This document shows positions 51,522 through 64,000 of a stretch of 64,000 nt of DNA, piece after piece (position 1 is the first letter of the stretch; every line of letters begins with the position of its first letter). The notes under the pieces were generated by a model that worked only from the letters and a program-made list of their open reading frames with translations, was not told where the DNA came from and ran no database searches. The DNA is taken from contig NMRA01000287.1 of NCBI GenBank assembly GCA_002633005.1, forward strand, positions 264,238-328,237, given 5' to 3'. The position numbers and the translations under genes are program-made. The stretch is from Phoronis australis (Eukaryota; Animalia; Phoronida).

Positions 51522-52127
51522 TTGAATTGACGGTTGTGATGTGCGGTGCCATAACGGAAAGTTTAATGGCAATGTTGCAACTGGTCATAACAAGGTAAAT
51601 AGTGGTTTTATGCACATTAACACTGTTAGTAAATAAAGCGTCCAGTAATCGTCTGCACGAACCTGTCATCCACCCAATCACATCGCCACTTGGCGAAGTT
51701 CGCCGGATACGGCGCTAAGTGATTACATAGGCAAAATCAAACGTAGTTTCAACTTGATTGTTATTGTAGTTAGTAATACCAATACACGGGCGGCTCACCA
51801 TAGGGGACTGGGGGGCTATAGCCCCCACTGTTTTCAGTGCTACGCCACACATAGGCTATAGGAGGCGCACCACGGGGGGCTGAAGGAGCTTGACCCCCCA
51901 ATTGTCTCTGTGCTGCGTTGCCTATGCAATAATAACTGCAACACTTGTGGTGTTGGTGCTGCTCATCTCTATCCCATTCAAAACGGATGTGCTAGGGCTA
52001 AACTTTTTGCGAGGGGAGTTCGATCGAACCCGGCTACGGGACTGCAAAACAATATTTTGTTCAACACAACTCGACTTAAATTGCATCAACTGAGCACTGT
52101 ACAGTAACTGATACCCGATTAATTCAT

Positions 52128-52401
52128 AATGTTGCCTAATGCTTAGCGTTGCCTACTGCATAGTGTTGACTAATACATAGTGTTGCCTAATGCACAGTGT
52201 TGCCTAATGCATAGTGTTGCCTAATGCATAGTGTTGCCTAATGCATAGTGTTGACTAATGCATAGTGTTGCCTAATGCATAGTGTTGCCTAATGCATAGT
52301 GTTGCCTAATGCAGAGTGTTGCCTAATGCATAGTGTTGCCTAATGCATAGTGATGCCTAATGCATACACATGTAGTGTTGCTTAATGCACAGTGTTGCCT
52401 A
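52128..52401. repeat. 17-bp minisatellite (TGCATAGTGTTGCCTAA)n
   Basis: About 15 copies next to the donor of the Ig C2 exon. Confidence 0.92.
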
Positions 52402-52442
52402 AAATAGGCAAAGTATTTTAACACAACTTAATCGTAACTTAC

Positions 52443-52766
52443 CAGTCACCTTAATGGTCGCCGTTTCAGCTGAGTAAGTAGCTTGCCTGTTGGACACTTG
52501 ACATCTGAACTGTACACCGTTGTCAGTTAGATTCAAGTTGACAGTCAGTGTGCTGGTGCCGCTGGTAGATCCATCGGTATTGTTGGTGGTACCTGACTTA
52601 ACATTACCGGCTATGTTTGTGAACTCCGCGTTGCCAGTCCGACGTGACCACACCATAGATGCTTGTGGTCTGCCCAAGTTGGCTGTGCAGGTTAGGTTAG
52701 TCGGTCCTGCTCCTCCCAGTACAGGCTCAGTCGGGGCACCAGATATAGAAGGTCTACTTGGGAGGA
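52443..52766 (-). CDS. Gene B exon: Ig C2/I-set-like domain
   Basis: PSRPSISG..TNLTCTANLGRPQASMVWSR..STLTVNLNLTDNGVQFRCQVSN; tctccAG acceptor, G|GTAAGT donor; 324 nt, phase 1-1. Confidence 0.92.
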
Positions 52767-54327
52767 CTGGAGAAACAGGAACAGACGTATTAAAGCACTA
52801 AGCTACTTGCCTTGTTTCAACTGCATGAAGCCACCGGGACACTTACACGGTGCTTTGACTCGCACTAGCACCCATTTTGTCATAAGAAAGCGCGCTATTT
52901 CAGCAAATTGTAAGTATTTGCGCACTTTTTACATACAGTTCATGTGTTGCAATGACACGCAAAAGGTTGGGCATTGGTGAAGTTAATGGAACGTTTTCCA
53001 AACAAGACCTACCCAGTCACAGATTTGCTTGAACATTAGGCGCCATATTGTTTATAAAAGGTTTCATTATTGGCAACCGAATTGATTTACGGCCTAACAA
53101 AGATAACGTTCATCGTGTTACCAGACTAATTTAAACTTTCACACATGGGCAACTATTCTGCCGACGGAGTTGGTATTACATTAGTTTCGTTATTATAGTC
53201 CAATTGTTATGTTTAAACTTACTTCAGTATTAGAATGGAGAAATTCTTCAAAATGTCATCCGGCAAACGCAAAAAATCAAAGATGTATTCATTTTCTTTA
53301 TACAGTAAGGTACAGCCCAAAACCTTTAGAACCACCAGTCCTAAAAGACTTGGTTGGGCATCCTAGGGTTTTATGAGATATGAGCTAAATTACAAACTAC
53401 ATGTATACTGTGTTATATTTGATAAGTTCGAATTTTCAAACGAGCGTTTTAAATTTGATTGAATTCCATTAGAAGTTACATGTACATGGCATTAGGAGTA
53501 CATAAAATGCCGTCATTATAAATGTTTTGAGCTGATTCTGATAATGAAAGTTAAGAAGTAGCCTCGAAAAATATCCAACTTGAGCCAGCTTTGAACATAA
53601 TATTTCAGTAATGGCTGATCAGATTTTAAGTCTAAATTGTGTTCAAGTCATGTTTTGTAACTTATTGCTTTCTTAATTCAGGTTATCAAGTCAACAATAT
53701 GAAGAATCTTGATGAGAGAAATAAGCTATGTTGGATTGTGAAACTTCAAGCCTCCAATTCTTGTTCCTTGCAACTTCGTATTTTTTTAAATCACGCTTGT
53801 CAAATTCTGGTGTAAGGGAAAACTATTCGGTCACCAAGGTAATATATACATGTATGTCCACTGTCATATCATGGAAACTTGTGCTGTTGAATAGTGTTTG
53901 TAATGCTTAAATGTTGTATTGTGCATTTTAAGTTACTTACTATGGTAAAAGGTTGAATCATTTTGGCTTAATGAATAAAAAAGTATAGCATTTTGTATTG
54001 GGCTTTTCTGTATGTGCTCGAACGAGCCCCGTATTTGGGAAATGGAAAAAGGTTTGCCTCAGTCAGAGAAGCCCGAACTCCGAAAAAAGTAGAAAACGGA
54101 ACAAGTCCACTAAAAGACAGGAATTAACAAAATTTAGCGTCTGCAATTCATAGCTCTGAACATACCTGGTGAATCTTATAGTAAAAGGTAGACATTCCTA
54201 AAAATTCCAGCCCCCATTTTTTAGGCTTGGTGCGCTCATGCAAAGTCTGGGCAAATCTCTGTTGACAACTTTGCACAGTTCTAAATAAACTTCGTTTGAG
54301 CGAGCGCTGTGACCAGGAAGGCCCAAG

Positions 54328-54645
54328 CAATGGAGGATTTAGGAGTGGGGGCAAGGGGGCCATACCCCCTCCCTGAAATTCTTCCAGATACCATTTGGCA
54401 GTTCGGGTGCGAATTGCTGACAAGTACATGTGCGCAAACAGGGGGGCTCGGAGGGGGGAGGGTGAATAAACAATGTATAGGCCATGAAAAACCCCGTTTA
54501 CCTTTTTTAGTGAAAAGGTCCACAAACCCAAAAATTCGAGACCTCCTGCATCCCTACATTTTAGGCTCGGCGCGCGCATCTGCCGAAACTCTAGTGATTT
54601 CTGTGTTCTGCCCCCCCCTAACTCAAAATCTTGGTTCCGCTCCTG
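54328..54645. mobile_element. MITE with 5-bp TSD (CCAAG/CTAAG)
   Basis: CAATGGAGGATTTAGG...GGTTCCGCTCCTG ends, G/C-run interior. Confidence 0.6.
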
Positions 54646-55454
54646 CTAAGGGTAGCCTTGGCGCAAAGCTGTATAGGCCTAACAAGCTGTATTTTGCCGG
54701 CACTGAGGCTAGCTAAGGGCTGCCGCGGCAGTGTTACACAGAAATAACCAGCCAGAAATTTTATGCAAGTGTCTGAAAATACTTTGAATATATACGGCAT
54801 TTATGAATTGAACATTTTAATTCGACAAAACAGCTTGCAGCCGCATGCCTATATCGTTCGACAGTGTCTTGTCTCAATCCGCACCGCCGGTCCGATAGGC
54901 TGCGGTCCCGAGTCTGGCAAAATAATTTTTGTCAAAATTAATCACCACATTTCTCCAGCAAATTCGACAAAATTTTCCTTATTTTGATTTCATTAAAATT
55001 AAGGCGCGCTGTCGATTATTTTGCCCCCCTTTGCAGGCTGGTAACAGGCACTGCTCTAGTCGCACTGACGGCGTTTTCTTAGTTTGTGTTCCTGAATGAA
55101 TTGTACTTCCGGGTTCGCGGTAAGTTCAAAATGGCAGCGTGTTCTTCGGGTGCGAATCGTGAGTGGCGCGTTTATTTAAGCTTTGTTCGATGACGGATTG
55201 TGTATTAGTTATGGGTTAGGTACTTCTCGGATCCTTATAACATCCTCTAACCCTGTAATAGGGGTTAACAACATGTGAGACCAGGACTTTAATCTAATGA
55301 AATTTGCATTTAACGCTTCTGCCCTGAGGGAAAAGCTGCTCAGCGTTATCCCCTACATGTTGAATAAATAGAATCAGATAAACAATGACAATTATAACTT
55401 TTGAACGAAATAACGTAAGAATCACAGCAGGTATGCCTAACAAACTCAACTTAC

Positions 55455-55820
55455 GGTCCACAAAAATCTTGGTGTATGAATTTGCCGGTTCGCCTCTGGA
55501 AAGACCCACATACACTCTGTACAGGTTTTCATCACTAGCTGTAAGTTTTGACAAAGTCATGGTAAAGTCAGTCTTCTCTTCAGAGTAGTCAGTAGAAGCA
55601 CGTGACTTATAGACGCCAAAAAACTTGCCCTTAGGTTTCCAGGTGTCGCCTTCGATTAAAGGGGCTTGAAACACACGGACTTCATCTGATATCTGCACCT
55701 TTATCGCATTCATATCTTCGCCACTCCCCAGTGTATAATTTATCCTGAACGTAACTTCTCCACCCTTCACACCAACGACTTCACTTGGTGACGTCACAGT
55801 GACGGCAGAAGCAACACCAT
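55455..55820 (-). CDS. Gene B exon: N-terminal Ig V-like domain lacking cysteines, preceded by the end of a signal peptide
   Basis: GVASA|VTVTSPSEVVGVKGGEVTFRINY..YKSRAS..FTMTLSKLTASDENLYRVYV; tttcAG acceptor, C|GTAAGT donor; 366 nt, phase 1-1. Confidence 0.88.
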
Positions 55821-57329
55821 CTGAAATACCAAAACAGTGCGACATTTTTATTGAACTACATGAAGCATGCCACGCCAGTGCATTGGTTCCAAACCAGTTT
55901 GTACCAAGTGCATAGCAACAGAGACTTTGACAAAAGGCTGTCCATTCACACCGTGTCTTTCGTAAAAATATTAAGTAGAGACTACCCATGGGCGGTTCCA
56001 TATTGACTGTCAGAGACTGTCCTGAAATATTATGAGGGTGTGGGCGACCCTTACATACACACATACATACATATATAAAGTTACATGTGATTTTTCTGAC
56101 CTAGGTCTGGTTTTCGGTTTTACACGTTGACCCTGGAAAAGACTTTATCAACACTTATTACAATAAAAACCTGCCAGCGTTGCAAGACTGTTGGATTAAT
56201 TTAAAAATGCATCTATTCAAAAGTTCTTTCGTTCGCTTATTCGTTGACGTGTAGTTTTACAGAGTACACCATAGTATTTGGCTACTCGGATACAGTGATT
56301 GCAAAGCAGTTCAGCAAAAATAAATTTTGAATGTTTTGAAGATATTTCTAAGGGTTGTTGTGAACATCGGAAGCCCCAGAACGGGTGGGTAATGGGGGAG
56401 CACGCGCCGTTATACCACCTCCCCTGTTCTTCTAACTTACGGGACTTTTCTTAATAGCCTCAGTCTGGTTACAACAGTCAATCCAAACTGGCAGGGCGCT
56501 AGGACGAATGAGATGGAGTGGAAGTAGTGATGGATATAAAGTTCTGGAGCACGTATTTGGTGCCAAAATAAATTACAAAAAGTGACCATATCTTTCACTA
56601 GAATTCACTACATCAAAGTGTAACATGTAACTAAAAATATATAACGCATGAGTTATGAAAACTTCTCATATTTGGGGTTCTTCCTGAAAGTTGTGAAGTT
56701 AGTTCAGCAGCAATGCGCTTTAGCCTATTGTTGACAATGTTTGCTTGAGCAGCCACACGAAAAGATGGCTGCATAAACCTTTTTTGCGAAAAATCATGAC
56801 ATGAATTTTCTGGATAAGTGTGTAACTAGCTCAGTTTGTGAGATTATGAATATCATATAACTTGTGTGAAGGTAACACGTCACAATTCCATTTAGTTGAA
56901 CAAAAGAGTCTACGTATTCATAAACGATGCTATGCCTGCAATCAAATATCTGCAGGTGGACAGTCTTTAGAGAACAGCAATATTTGCTGCAGAGGTGGTG
57001 ACATAATGAGATGTCATGGCCAGAGCCCGTAATAATTATGTAAAATGTTAAAGGATGTAACATAGACTCAATGACCGTGACCTTTCTCAAATATTTGTTA
57101 CTGGCATTTTAAGCTGTACATCGTGATTTCTGATAAAGGATTACCCGCTGAGCATTGTTTCGGTATCTAGAGCTCCCACTATATATAAGTTTAAATCTGT
57201 AAAGTTACAAAGACTAAAAGAACAAACATTCGGTACGTTTTTCCTTCATCTTACAGCAGAATATACACATGTGGCAATACAAAGATCTGAGCTAATCAAA
57301 AAGTCATGGACACACAAACACGAAATGTG

Positions 57330-58997
57330 GTTTTTTAATGTTTATTACGAAATCTTCAGAATACAATGAATATACATAACCCAGAAAGAGGCATTAGATC
57401 TGGGTAAAAAATACAAGGAAGTCTATATACAATGATTATATACAAATACACAAATAAAAAAACTGATGTTAAGAATACACTGATAAATGACAACGAATGA
57501 AAATAATTTATTTTCATACAGGTGTATAAAATTCTATCCACTCACACAAAGAGATTTAATGTTATAAAGAAATTCTGATACTATTTCAAATAAAACCATA
57601 TTTTCGTTTGAGTTAAGTTCTTGACATCCACATAGAAAGAAATTAATTTTGTTGTAAAATTGCAGAATTTCAGAGTATTTTTTATAAAAAAATGGGGTTT
57701 TGTTCGAGTGCCTGGAAGAGCTGTACCCTCTCCTCCTTGCATACCTCACAAGCAAAGAAAACATGAGGATATGTCTGGGTATCTCTACAGGAACACAGAG
57801 CCGAAATATTATTAAAATTATGTCTAAATTTCTCGTTGTTTAGGAATAGACCACATCTTGATCTGTGTAGTGTTATTTCATGGTTGCAGGGAAGTTGGAA
57901 TGATGTCAATGGGACTGGCAAGTCTGGAGTAGTGGTGTGCATTTTAAAGTTATTTTTGAGAGTGACGATTGAAGTGCTTTCTTTTATTTTGAATGGTAAG
58001 GAATTCCAGTTGTCAATACAAGTTAATATCGTTGATCTTCTTAAGGCTTGGCTGATGGAGGCTGGAATAGTATACATATTGCTTTGCCGGAGTCCTGGTC
58101 TCGTGCTTGGTCTTTTGTAGGAGTCAAAGAGGATTTTGTTAGAGTACTGTAATTGTTTATGTTGTTTAAGACTTTGAGTGTATACATGGACAGGTGGAGT
58201 TTACGACGGGTTGCTAGTTTGCTCCAGTGAAGACTATTTAGAACCTTGATTGTGTTGGACCCTTTGTATGTCACAGTTATGGCTAAAGCTGCTTGGTACT
58301 GTAGTCTTTCTAATTGGAGAAGTATGCCAGCGTTTGCCGATTGGTAGATTATGTCACAGTAATCTAGATGTGGAAGTACAAAAGACTTGAACAGAGTTTC
58401 AAGATGCATGGAGTTGAGATGACGAGAGATAATTCTAATTGGATTAATTAATTTTTGTACTTTTAGAACGAGTTCGCGACAATGAGGAGTAAATGTAAGC
58501 TTATGGTCGAGTAGTGAGCCAAGATGTTTGTGCGTGAACTTATTGGGGATAACTTCCCCATTGAGTGATAATTCCAGTGTTGGATTTGTTTTGGAAATGA
58601 GTATTATTAGACTTAGAAAATATAAGATCAACACTTTTTTCAGGTTTAAATTTCATCTTCCATTTGTGAGACCAGAGTTTGTTAAGGTCAGTTTGCAATT
58701 GTAAGGAGTCATGGGGATGCTCTTTTGAGAATGGGTGGAATATTGCAGTGTCATCAGCATATAAGAATGTTTTAGAGCTTATCGTGTCTGGAAGATCATT
58801 GATGTACAGTAAAAAGAGTAAGGGGCCTAGTACGCTATCTTGTGGTACTCCAGCATTTACGAAACCTGGCGTTGATGATGGTGACAAGACACCCTCAATT
58901 CGGACTTTGTAAGTTCGATTTTCCAGATATGATTTTAAAAGTAAGAGGAGAGTGCCTGAGAAACCGGAAGATTGTAATTTATGTAGAAAAGTGGGGT
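57330..58997 (-). mobile_element. 5'-truncated CR1/L2-type LINE, related to 25736-27587
   Basis: [51 protein letters not shown]; frameshifts; AATAAA and A-rich tail near 57330-57346. Confidence 0.92.
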
Positions 58998-59869
58998 GTG
59001 AAACACTGACACAATAGAGCCTCGACAAAGAAACAACAGACAAACGTGTTACCAAAACCTCTATTAGAGTTGTTTTAACACAGCAATTTCATAACTTCAT
59101 GTAAATATAGTTCGCATCTGCAGCCCTGACCCAAATTGCCAGTTTTGAAGTTGTGGCAATTTGGAACGTTGAGATAATTTGGGCCTGCCCACGGCCCCGA
59201 CCACGGTAGTCACATGGTACCACTTCTGAAAGTACCCTCTGCATATAGAGTCTGTGATGACAATGGTGATACAAAGCAACCTGTCTGAGAACCAAAATAG
59301 CAAAACAAGATAATACTGTGCGCTAAGCATTGTCTCAAGAGTCAACTAAAAACTTAGACACTGTTGGTAACACGTCACGACTCTATTTGAGCTGACTGGG
59401 AGTCGACACGCGAGAAGGTTTCCCGAAAATAATTTTTGTCATTTGGGAAATCACTCGCCAAGTTTGCCCTACTATCGCCAATGATGAGCTGGCGAGCAGC
59501 TAGCGCGAGCCTAGGGTGAGTGATGTACAACCTGCTTCCCGTTCAGTAACGCTAGGACCTCATTAAAAAGCAATACTTCTCGAGATTACGTGAGGTATTG
59601 ACGTGTATTTTAATTGAGATCACATGACTTTGGCTAGACTTTTGCTAGGTTTTTGCGTAGGTCCCATTGTTACTGAACGCACGACAGGACTGTCAGACGT
59701 CGGTACACGAGTAGTTGATAACCACGTGACATGTGTATTAGACATGATGCTCCAAATAGGAAGCAGCCTAAGACGTCACTTCAATCTTAACAGTAACGGA
59801 TGTACGGACGGGCGGCACCTCAATCACAAACAGGACTCGATAATAGAACATCGGAAGCACAAAAATGTT

Positions 59870-60245
59870 TCATACTGTAGATGAGCTGACCTCCACTGCC
59901 TCTCCTGTTAGGATCTTCTCGATTTCAAGAATTTTGAGTTCAGTCTCGATGTTTAATCAAGATACACGTGCTTCTAATTGCAACTCTTTCTCTTTAGATT
60001 GCATTTCTGGCTGCAACATTCCAACTTTAATTTCATTCTCTTCCTTTAAGGCTTTAGCAAGTGCTAACAGCTTTGCCTTCTTCAGTTGAGCTTTAGCCTC
60101 TGCGGACATATTCTGTTACCTTGAAGACACACACTTCAGCTGAAAATATAATCGTTGACGTCATCAACACCATAAGCACTAGATGCATATGGCACCTGTA
60201 CATGTCTTGAGGCTCATTGGCGTCGATTCCTCCATTTAGACATTT
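59870..60245 (-). mobile_element. BEL/Pao gag-like coiled-coil remnant (tentative)
   Basis: AEAKAQLKKAKLLALAKALKEENE..KELQLE..IETELK. Confidence 0.35.
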
Positions 60246-60490
60246 CATGCGCGCACCCAGCGTTCGATATGGGGGGCTCGAATTCCCGACTTTGTGGACC
60301 ATTTGTAACAAAGGGCCGGGCGGACTAAACAACAACAACAACAAAAAAAAAATTACGGGAGCACCTCTGTGAATTGCACGCTTTTGTCCCATTTTCTCGA
60401 ATTTTTGTCTCTCGGAGGTGGACCTTTTTGCCCACTTTGTCAATTGGGGGGCTCGTTCGAGTCCCCCGAGCCTCCCTGGATGCGCGCATG
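60246..60490. mobile_element. MITE with CATGCGCGCA(C/T)CCAG TIRs and perfect 5-bp TSD CATTT
   Basis: CATTT at 60241-60245 and 60491-60495. Confidence 0.85.
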
Positions 60491-61592
60491 CATTTGATAA
60501 TACAACTGTTAATGCACTTCGCACACGCTTTGCATTTGTTTATTGTACAACACTGTCAATTTGACGTTGGGACCTACATGTTGACGTTGATAAATGAGCA
60601 CTTCTTGTGACCAGCTTTTAGGTATTGTTTAAAGAAAAACATAAAGCTATAAGAAAAAGCCATAAGTAAAACATAAAAGCATAAACAGTACCATTACTGA
60701 GAACAAGTCTGACAAAATTCTATGCAATTTTAACGAGGCAATAATGCAAAATCCATAACAGATTGTCAAAAATATAGGAAAAAGTCCATCAAAGTGATCC
60801 CATGCCTCCTATCACGTTACACTGAATTGAAAACCAAACATGCCAGAAACGAGGTCAAACTGAATAGTTTTACATGAATAAGTGTGGATAGGCCAAACTC
60901 AAAAATGGATCATGCGGGCTGGCTACAGGATAATCAGAAACCTAACAGTCAGAAGTGCAATACAGCCGTTTTTCAATCGAAATGCTTAACATCGTTGAAT
61001 AACCCTTGTTCAGTTCTTCATGATTTTACCAGAAGCAAAAGATGAATAAGTCAGTTCAGGAATAATTATCATTCGCTTACCTGATTGGCTTGAATGAATA
61101 ATTTTTTTAATTCTAAAAGCCAAGAACGTTATCAAAATGCGAAAATAACCATGCGAGATGGTAACTTAAAAAAGCAAATGAACCATAGCGGATATGTCAA
61201 TGACTAGCTCAGTACGACAGATCACATGACAAGACACGTGACAACTCAGTGGCCTGATGAAGTCCTCGAGAGGAGGACGCAACGTAGCCATCTCCACGTA
61301 CCGTAAGTCCAGTAATAGATTTATTGATTCTTATACTAGACTAGCTCAGTCCTTGCAGAAATAACGATTCAAAAGACTTCTACCATATAAAGGCAAAGGA
61401 TTTAGTATTTAGAACCCTCACACTTGATGTGGATAATTTAGTCAGGCATTCATTCAAAGTTGTACATCTTTAGATCTTATTATATGTGCTTAAATTCAAG
61501 CTAAAGCAGGAGTGATTTTGAAACTTGCACAGACGTGCTTAGTTTCAAAACAGGGTAGGATGTTGATTGTTGAACTTGTACAGTGTTTCGTA

Positions 61593-62146
61593 TGTAGTAA
61601 TAGCCGAGATTACCTTACCCGGGGATCGAACCCGCGACCCCCATAAAACCGGCAAGCGTGCTAACTATCCAGCTAATAGGCAATTGCCCCTTAGGGAGTA
61701 GCAAACAGAGGCTCATACATATAATTCACCGGAAGCACATCTACAACATTCCCCCCTTTCCTACGGAACGGGCACGCGACAGGAAGGTGAACACCAGGAT
61801 GTCTCGCATACAGGTCATCAACGTCCCTTGGTACCTTTACCACCAAAACACAGGTGAACACAAGTCGTCTCTCATACAGGTCCTTGACTCCTGGAACCTT
61901 CCACGCGCGCTGTCCCGAGGTCCGTGGGTACTAGTTGACAGTGCTTCATCGGTAGATCATCCGTTTGCCAACTAGGCCATTTGTAGTAATAGCCGAGATT
62001 ACCCGACCCGGGGATCGAACCCGCGACCCCCATAAAACCGGCAAGCGTGCTAACCATTCAGCTAATAGGCAATTGCCCGTTAGCGAGTAGCTAACGGAGG
62101 CTCATATATATAATTCACCGGAAGCACATCTACAACATCTACAACA
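61593..62146 (-). mobile_element. TRIM (miniature LTR retrotransposon) with tRNA-like sequence in its LTRs (Helenus-like)
   Basis: LTRs 61593-61748 and 61982-62146 (TG...CA); 4-bp TSD CGTA; PBS TGGCCTAGTTGGCA; PPT GAAAGGGGGGAA; A box TAGCTGAATGG and B box GGTTCGATCCC in the LTR. Confidence 0.9.
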
Positions 62147-62758
62147 CGTACACTAGCTTTAAGCACGCCAGAACATACAGAAGGCACTCTGTGCTTGAGC
62201 CAGAGAAAAGCGTGTTAACTGGTATTCATTTGCTCGCATTTAAGTCAGGTTTTACTGAAATTGTTACAATATAGCTTGCAACATGAAGTTGTTTCTTTAT
62301 TTATCAAAACGTGCCTACATTTATATAAAAGTTGAAATTTTTAAAAGAACCGGACTATTGGGACCATTTCATACATTCACGTTATTGATTGACCATTCAG
62401 AATGCAGTAAATCTACTAAAAATATTTATCGGATATTTACCGATAAAGCTTTTCTAACATATACAAATGGACAAACATCTCTCACGAAACGTACTGTGGA
62501 CAGCTCACTATATTGGTTGCAGTGTAGGACTTTGCATTAAAGTTTAGAAATAAACACCTTTATTCCGTGCGCGTTAAATCAGTAGAATGCAACACGGCCA
62601 TACGATAATGTGTTACACAGAAGCTAACCACGCCCCGACCCTCCTTGCAAAGTACCACGTGACCTGTTTCCCGCCAGATGTGCGATTGAAATTGTGCTGA
62701 AGATTTCTCAATTAATTCTCTGTATTTAAGTCTTACGTTATCTTATACTTCACCCACG

Positions 62759-63570
62759 ATGAGTGCTGACGAACCAAGAAAGAGGTATGCAAGCAAAGAT
62801 AGCGCATCCTTAAATGACAGAGCAAAAAAACTTACTCAAACAACCCTTGACTTCCGTCAGCTTGACCCGCCCCTGTGTGATTCGGACTCAAATAAGGACA
62901 TTGCAAAGCTCGAAAAAGCGCTGACTTCGCCCCAAGTTATTAAAACACTCCGTGAGCAATTATTTCAGCCTGCCCTGGATGATATAAAGGCCTACTATGA
63001 GTCCATCCTTAACCAGAAAGACAAAGAAATACAGCGGCTGAATGAGCAAGTCAACAATTTGTCAGCAAATCTAGACAACCTAGAGCAATACTGGCGTAGC
63101 AATAATATAGTTATATATGGAGTCGATGAGCCTGTAAATGAAAAACCTGGAGCTACTGACAACATTGTGATCGACTTGGAACGCAAACTGGGTCTTGAAA
63201 TTAACCCCCAACAAATCAGCAGATCCCACAGACTCGGGCCCAAACTACATGTACGTAAACATGGAGCTAGAGATTCGCGAAAAGATCGCCCCATCATCTG
63301 TAAGTGTGTGTCATATAATACCAGAGCTGCTTTCCTTCACAATAGAAGACTACTCCGCAAACTGAACTTACCATCCCCGATCTACATCAATGAAAATCTC
63401 ACGAAACAACGGTCCCTTCTCTACGCCCGCTGTCGCCGCCTGTTACAATCTAAAACCGTCCTAAAACGTGGACGCATGACGGTAACGTAACAATACAGCT
63501 GCATGATAACAGGATAGAGCAGGTTTCCTCAGAAAATGACCTTCTAGTGATAGAAAACTGTGAAGTTTAA
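62759..63570 (+). mobile_element. LINE ORF1-like protein (coiled coil - RRM - CTD), one frameshift near 63460
   Basis: LEQYWRSNNIVIYGVDE, ISRSHRLG, RPIICK, IYINENLT; alternative frame continues KTWTHDGNVTI..EV* to 63570; no ORF2 seen before the window ends. Confidence 0.8.
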
Positions 63571-64000
63571 ATTGTATCCTGCTCTCTCGTCCTATGGTAG
63601 TTCATATCCAATTACTCACTGGTGACATCCTTCACTTTGTTTGCGTTCACTCACCCCACCCCCCATGTCTTGACAGGATCAGGTAATTGTCCTGTCCACT
63701 GATACTTATTCAGTTTTCTCCCTTATGTAATACCAGATCACGCTCAAGTTACCTCTCTATCAGTGGTGGTGCACTCTATACAGGTCCGTAGCGATCACAA
63801 CACCTTATACTGACCACAGGCAATGGTAATGCATCGAATTCTTAATCTGCATCTAAATCATTCATGTTCGGTTTTATTGCTTATTGCCTCTTACTGTTTC
63901 CCAGTTGCACCATTACCAAAATGTAGTATAGTATCTTTGCAACTGCCTACAGTATGTATTAATGTGGTATTTTTGGTTGTCGTTAAAACATGTTTCCCAC

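Noticed and set aside
52128-52401. CRISPR-like or coding repeat
   Set aside because: Head-to-tail 17-mer with no spacers and not a multiple of 3; an intronic minisatellite
55821-56064. N-terminal extension of the 256-aa ORF 55294-56064
   Set aside because: Intronic read-through; the Ig-like part is bounded by splice sites at 55820 and 55455
59097-59345. Signal-peptide first exon of the Ig gene
   Set aside because: No suitable phase-1 donor after the hydrophobic stretch; the first exon was not identified and may lie beyond the window
61615-61690. Functional tRNA gene (also at ~62005-62075)
   Set aside because: A and B boxes are present but the acceptor and anticodon stems pair poorly; it lies inside TRIM LTRs

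Overview
Eukaryotic, intron-rich, roughly 40% GC genomic DNA from a draft assembly (a few N bases). The TE content points to a marine invertebrate animal. There are two convergent host genes. Gene A (+ strand, 187-21920, 5' end outside the window) has 16 exons that I spliced by hand in frame. It encodes an EAR/EPTP-like repeat, three F5/8 type C (discoidin) domains, a LamG-like domain and about 3 C-terminal EAR/EPTP-like repeats, and it has one GC-AG intron. Gene B (- strand) is an Ig-superfamily gene with a cysteine-less V-like exon (55455-55820) and a C2/I-like exon (52443-52766). Its stalk is built from 36-nt phase-1 micro-exons, and most of these lie inside what looks like a ~200-bp satellite (36.9-38.65 kb) organised as a ~732-bp higher-order repeat. 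A possible terminal hydrophobic exon lies at 22392-22555. Introns are packed with TEs: two Mag-like Gypsy elements, a Gypsy gag/LTR remnant with a related solo LTR, three Kolobok derivatives (THAP plus KolX-like), a Sola2-like transposon carrying a Ulp1 protease, an Academ fragment, CR1/L2-type LINE pieces, Penelope, DIRS and BEL remnants, MITEs with 5-bp TSDs, and an intact TRIM whose LTRs contain a tRNA-like Pol III promoter. All calls come from reading the sequence by eye; no searches were run.
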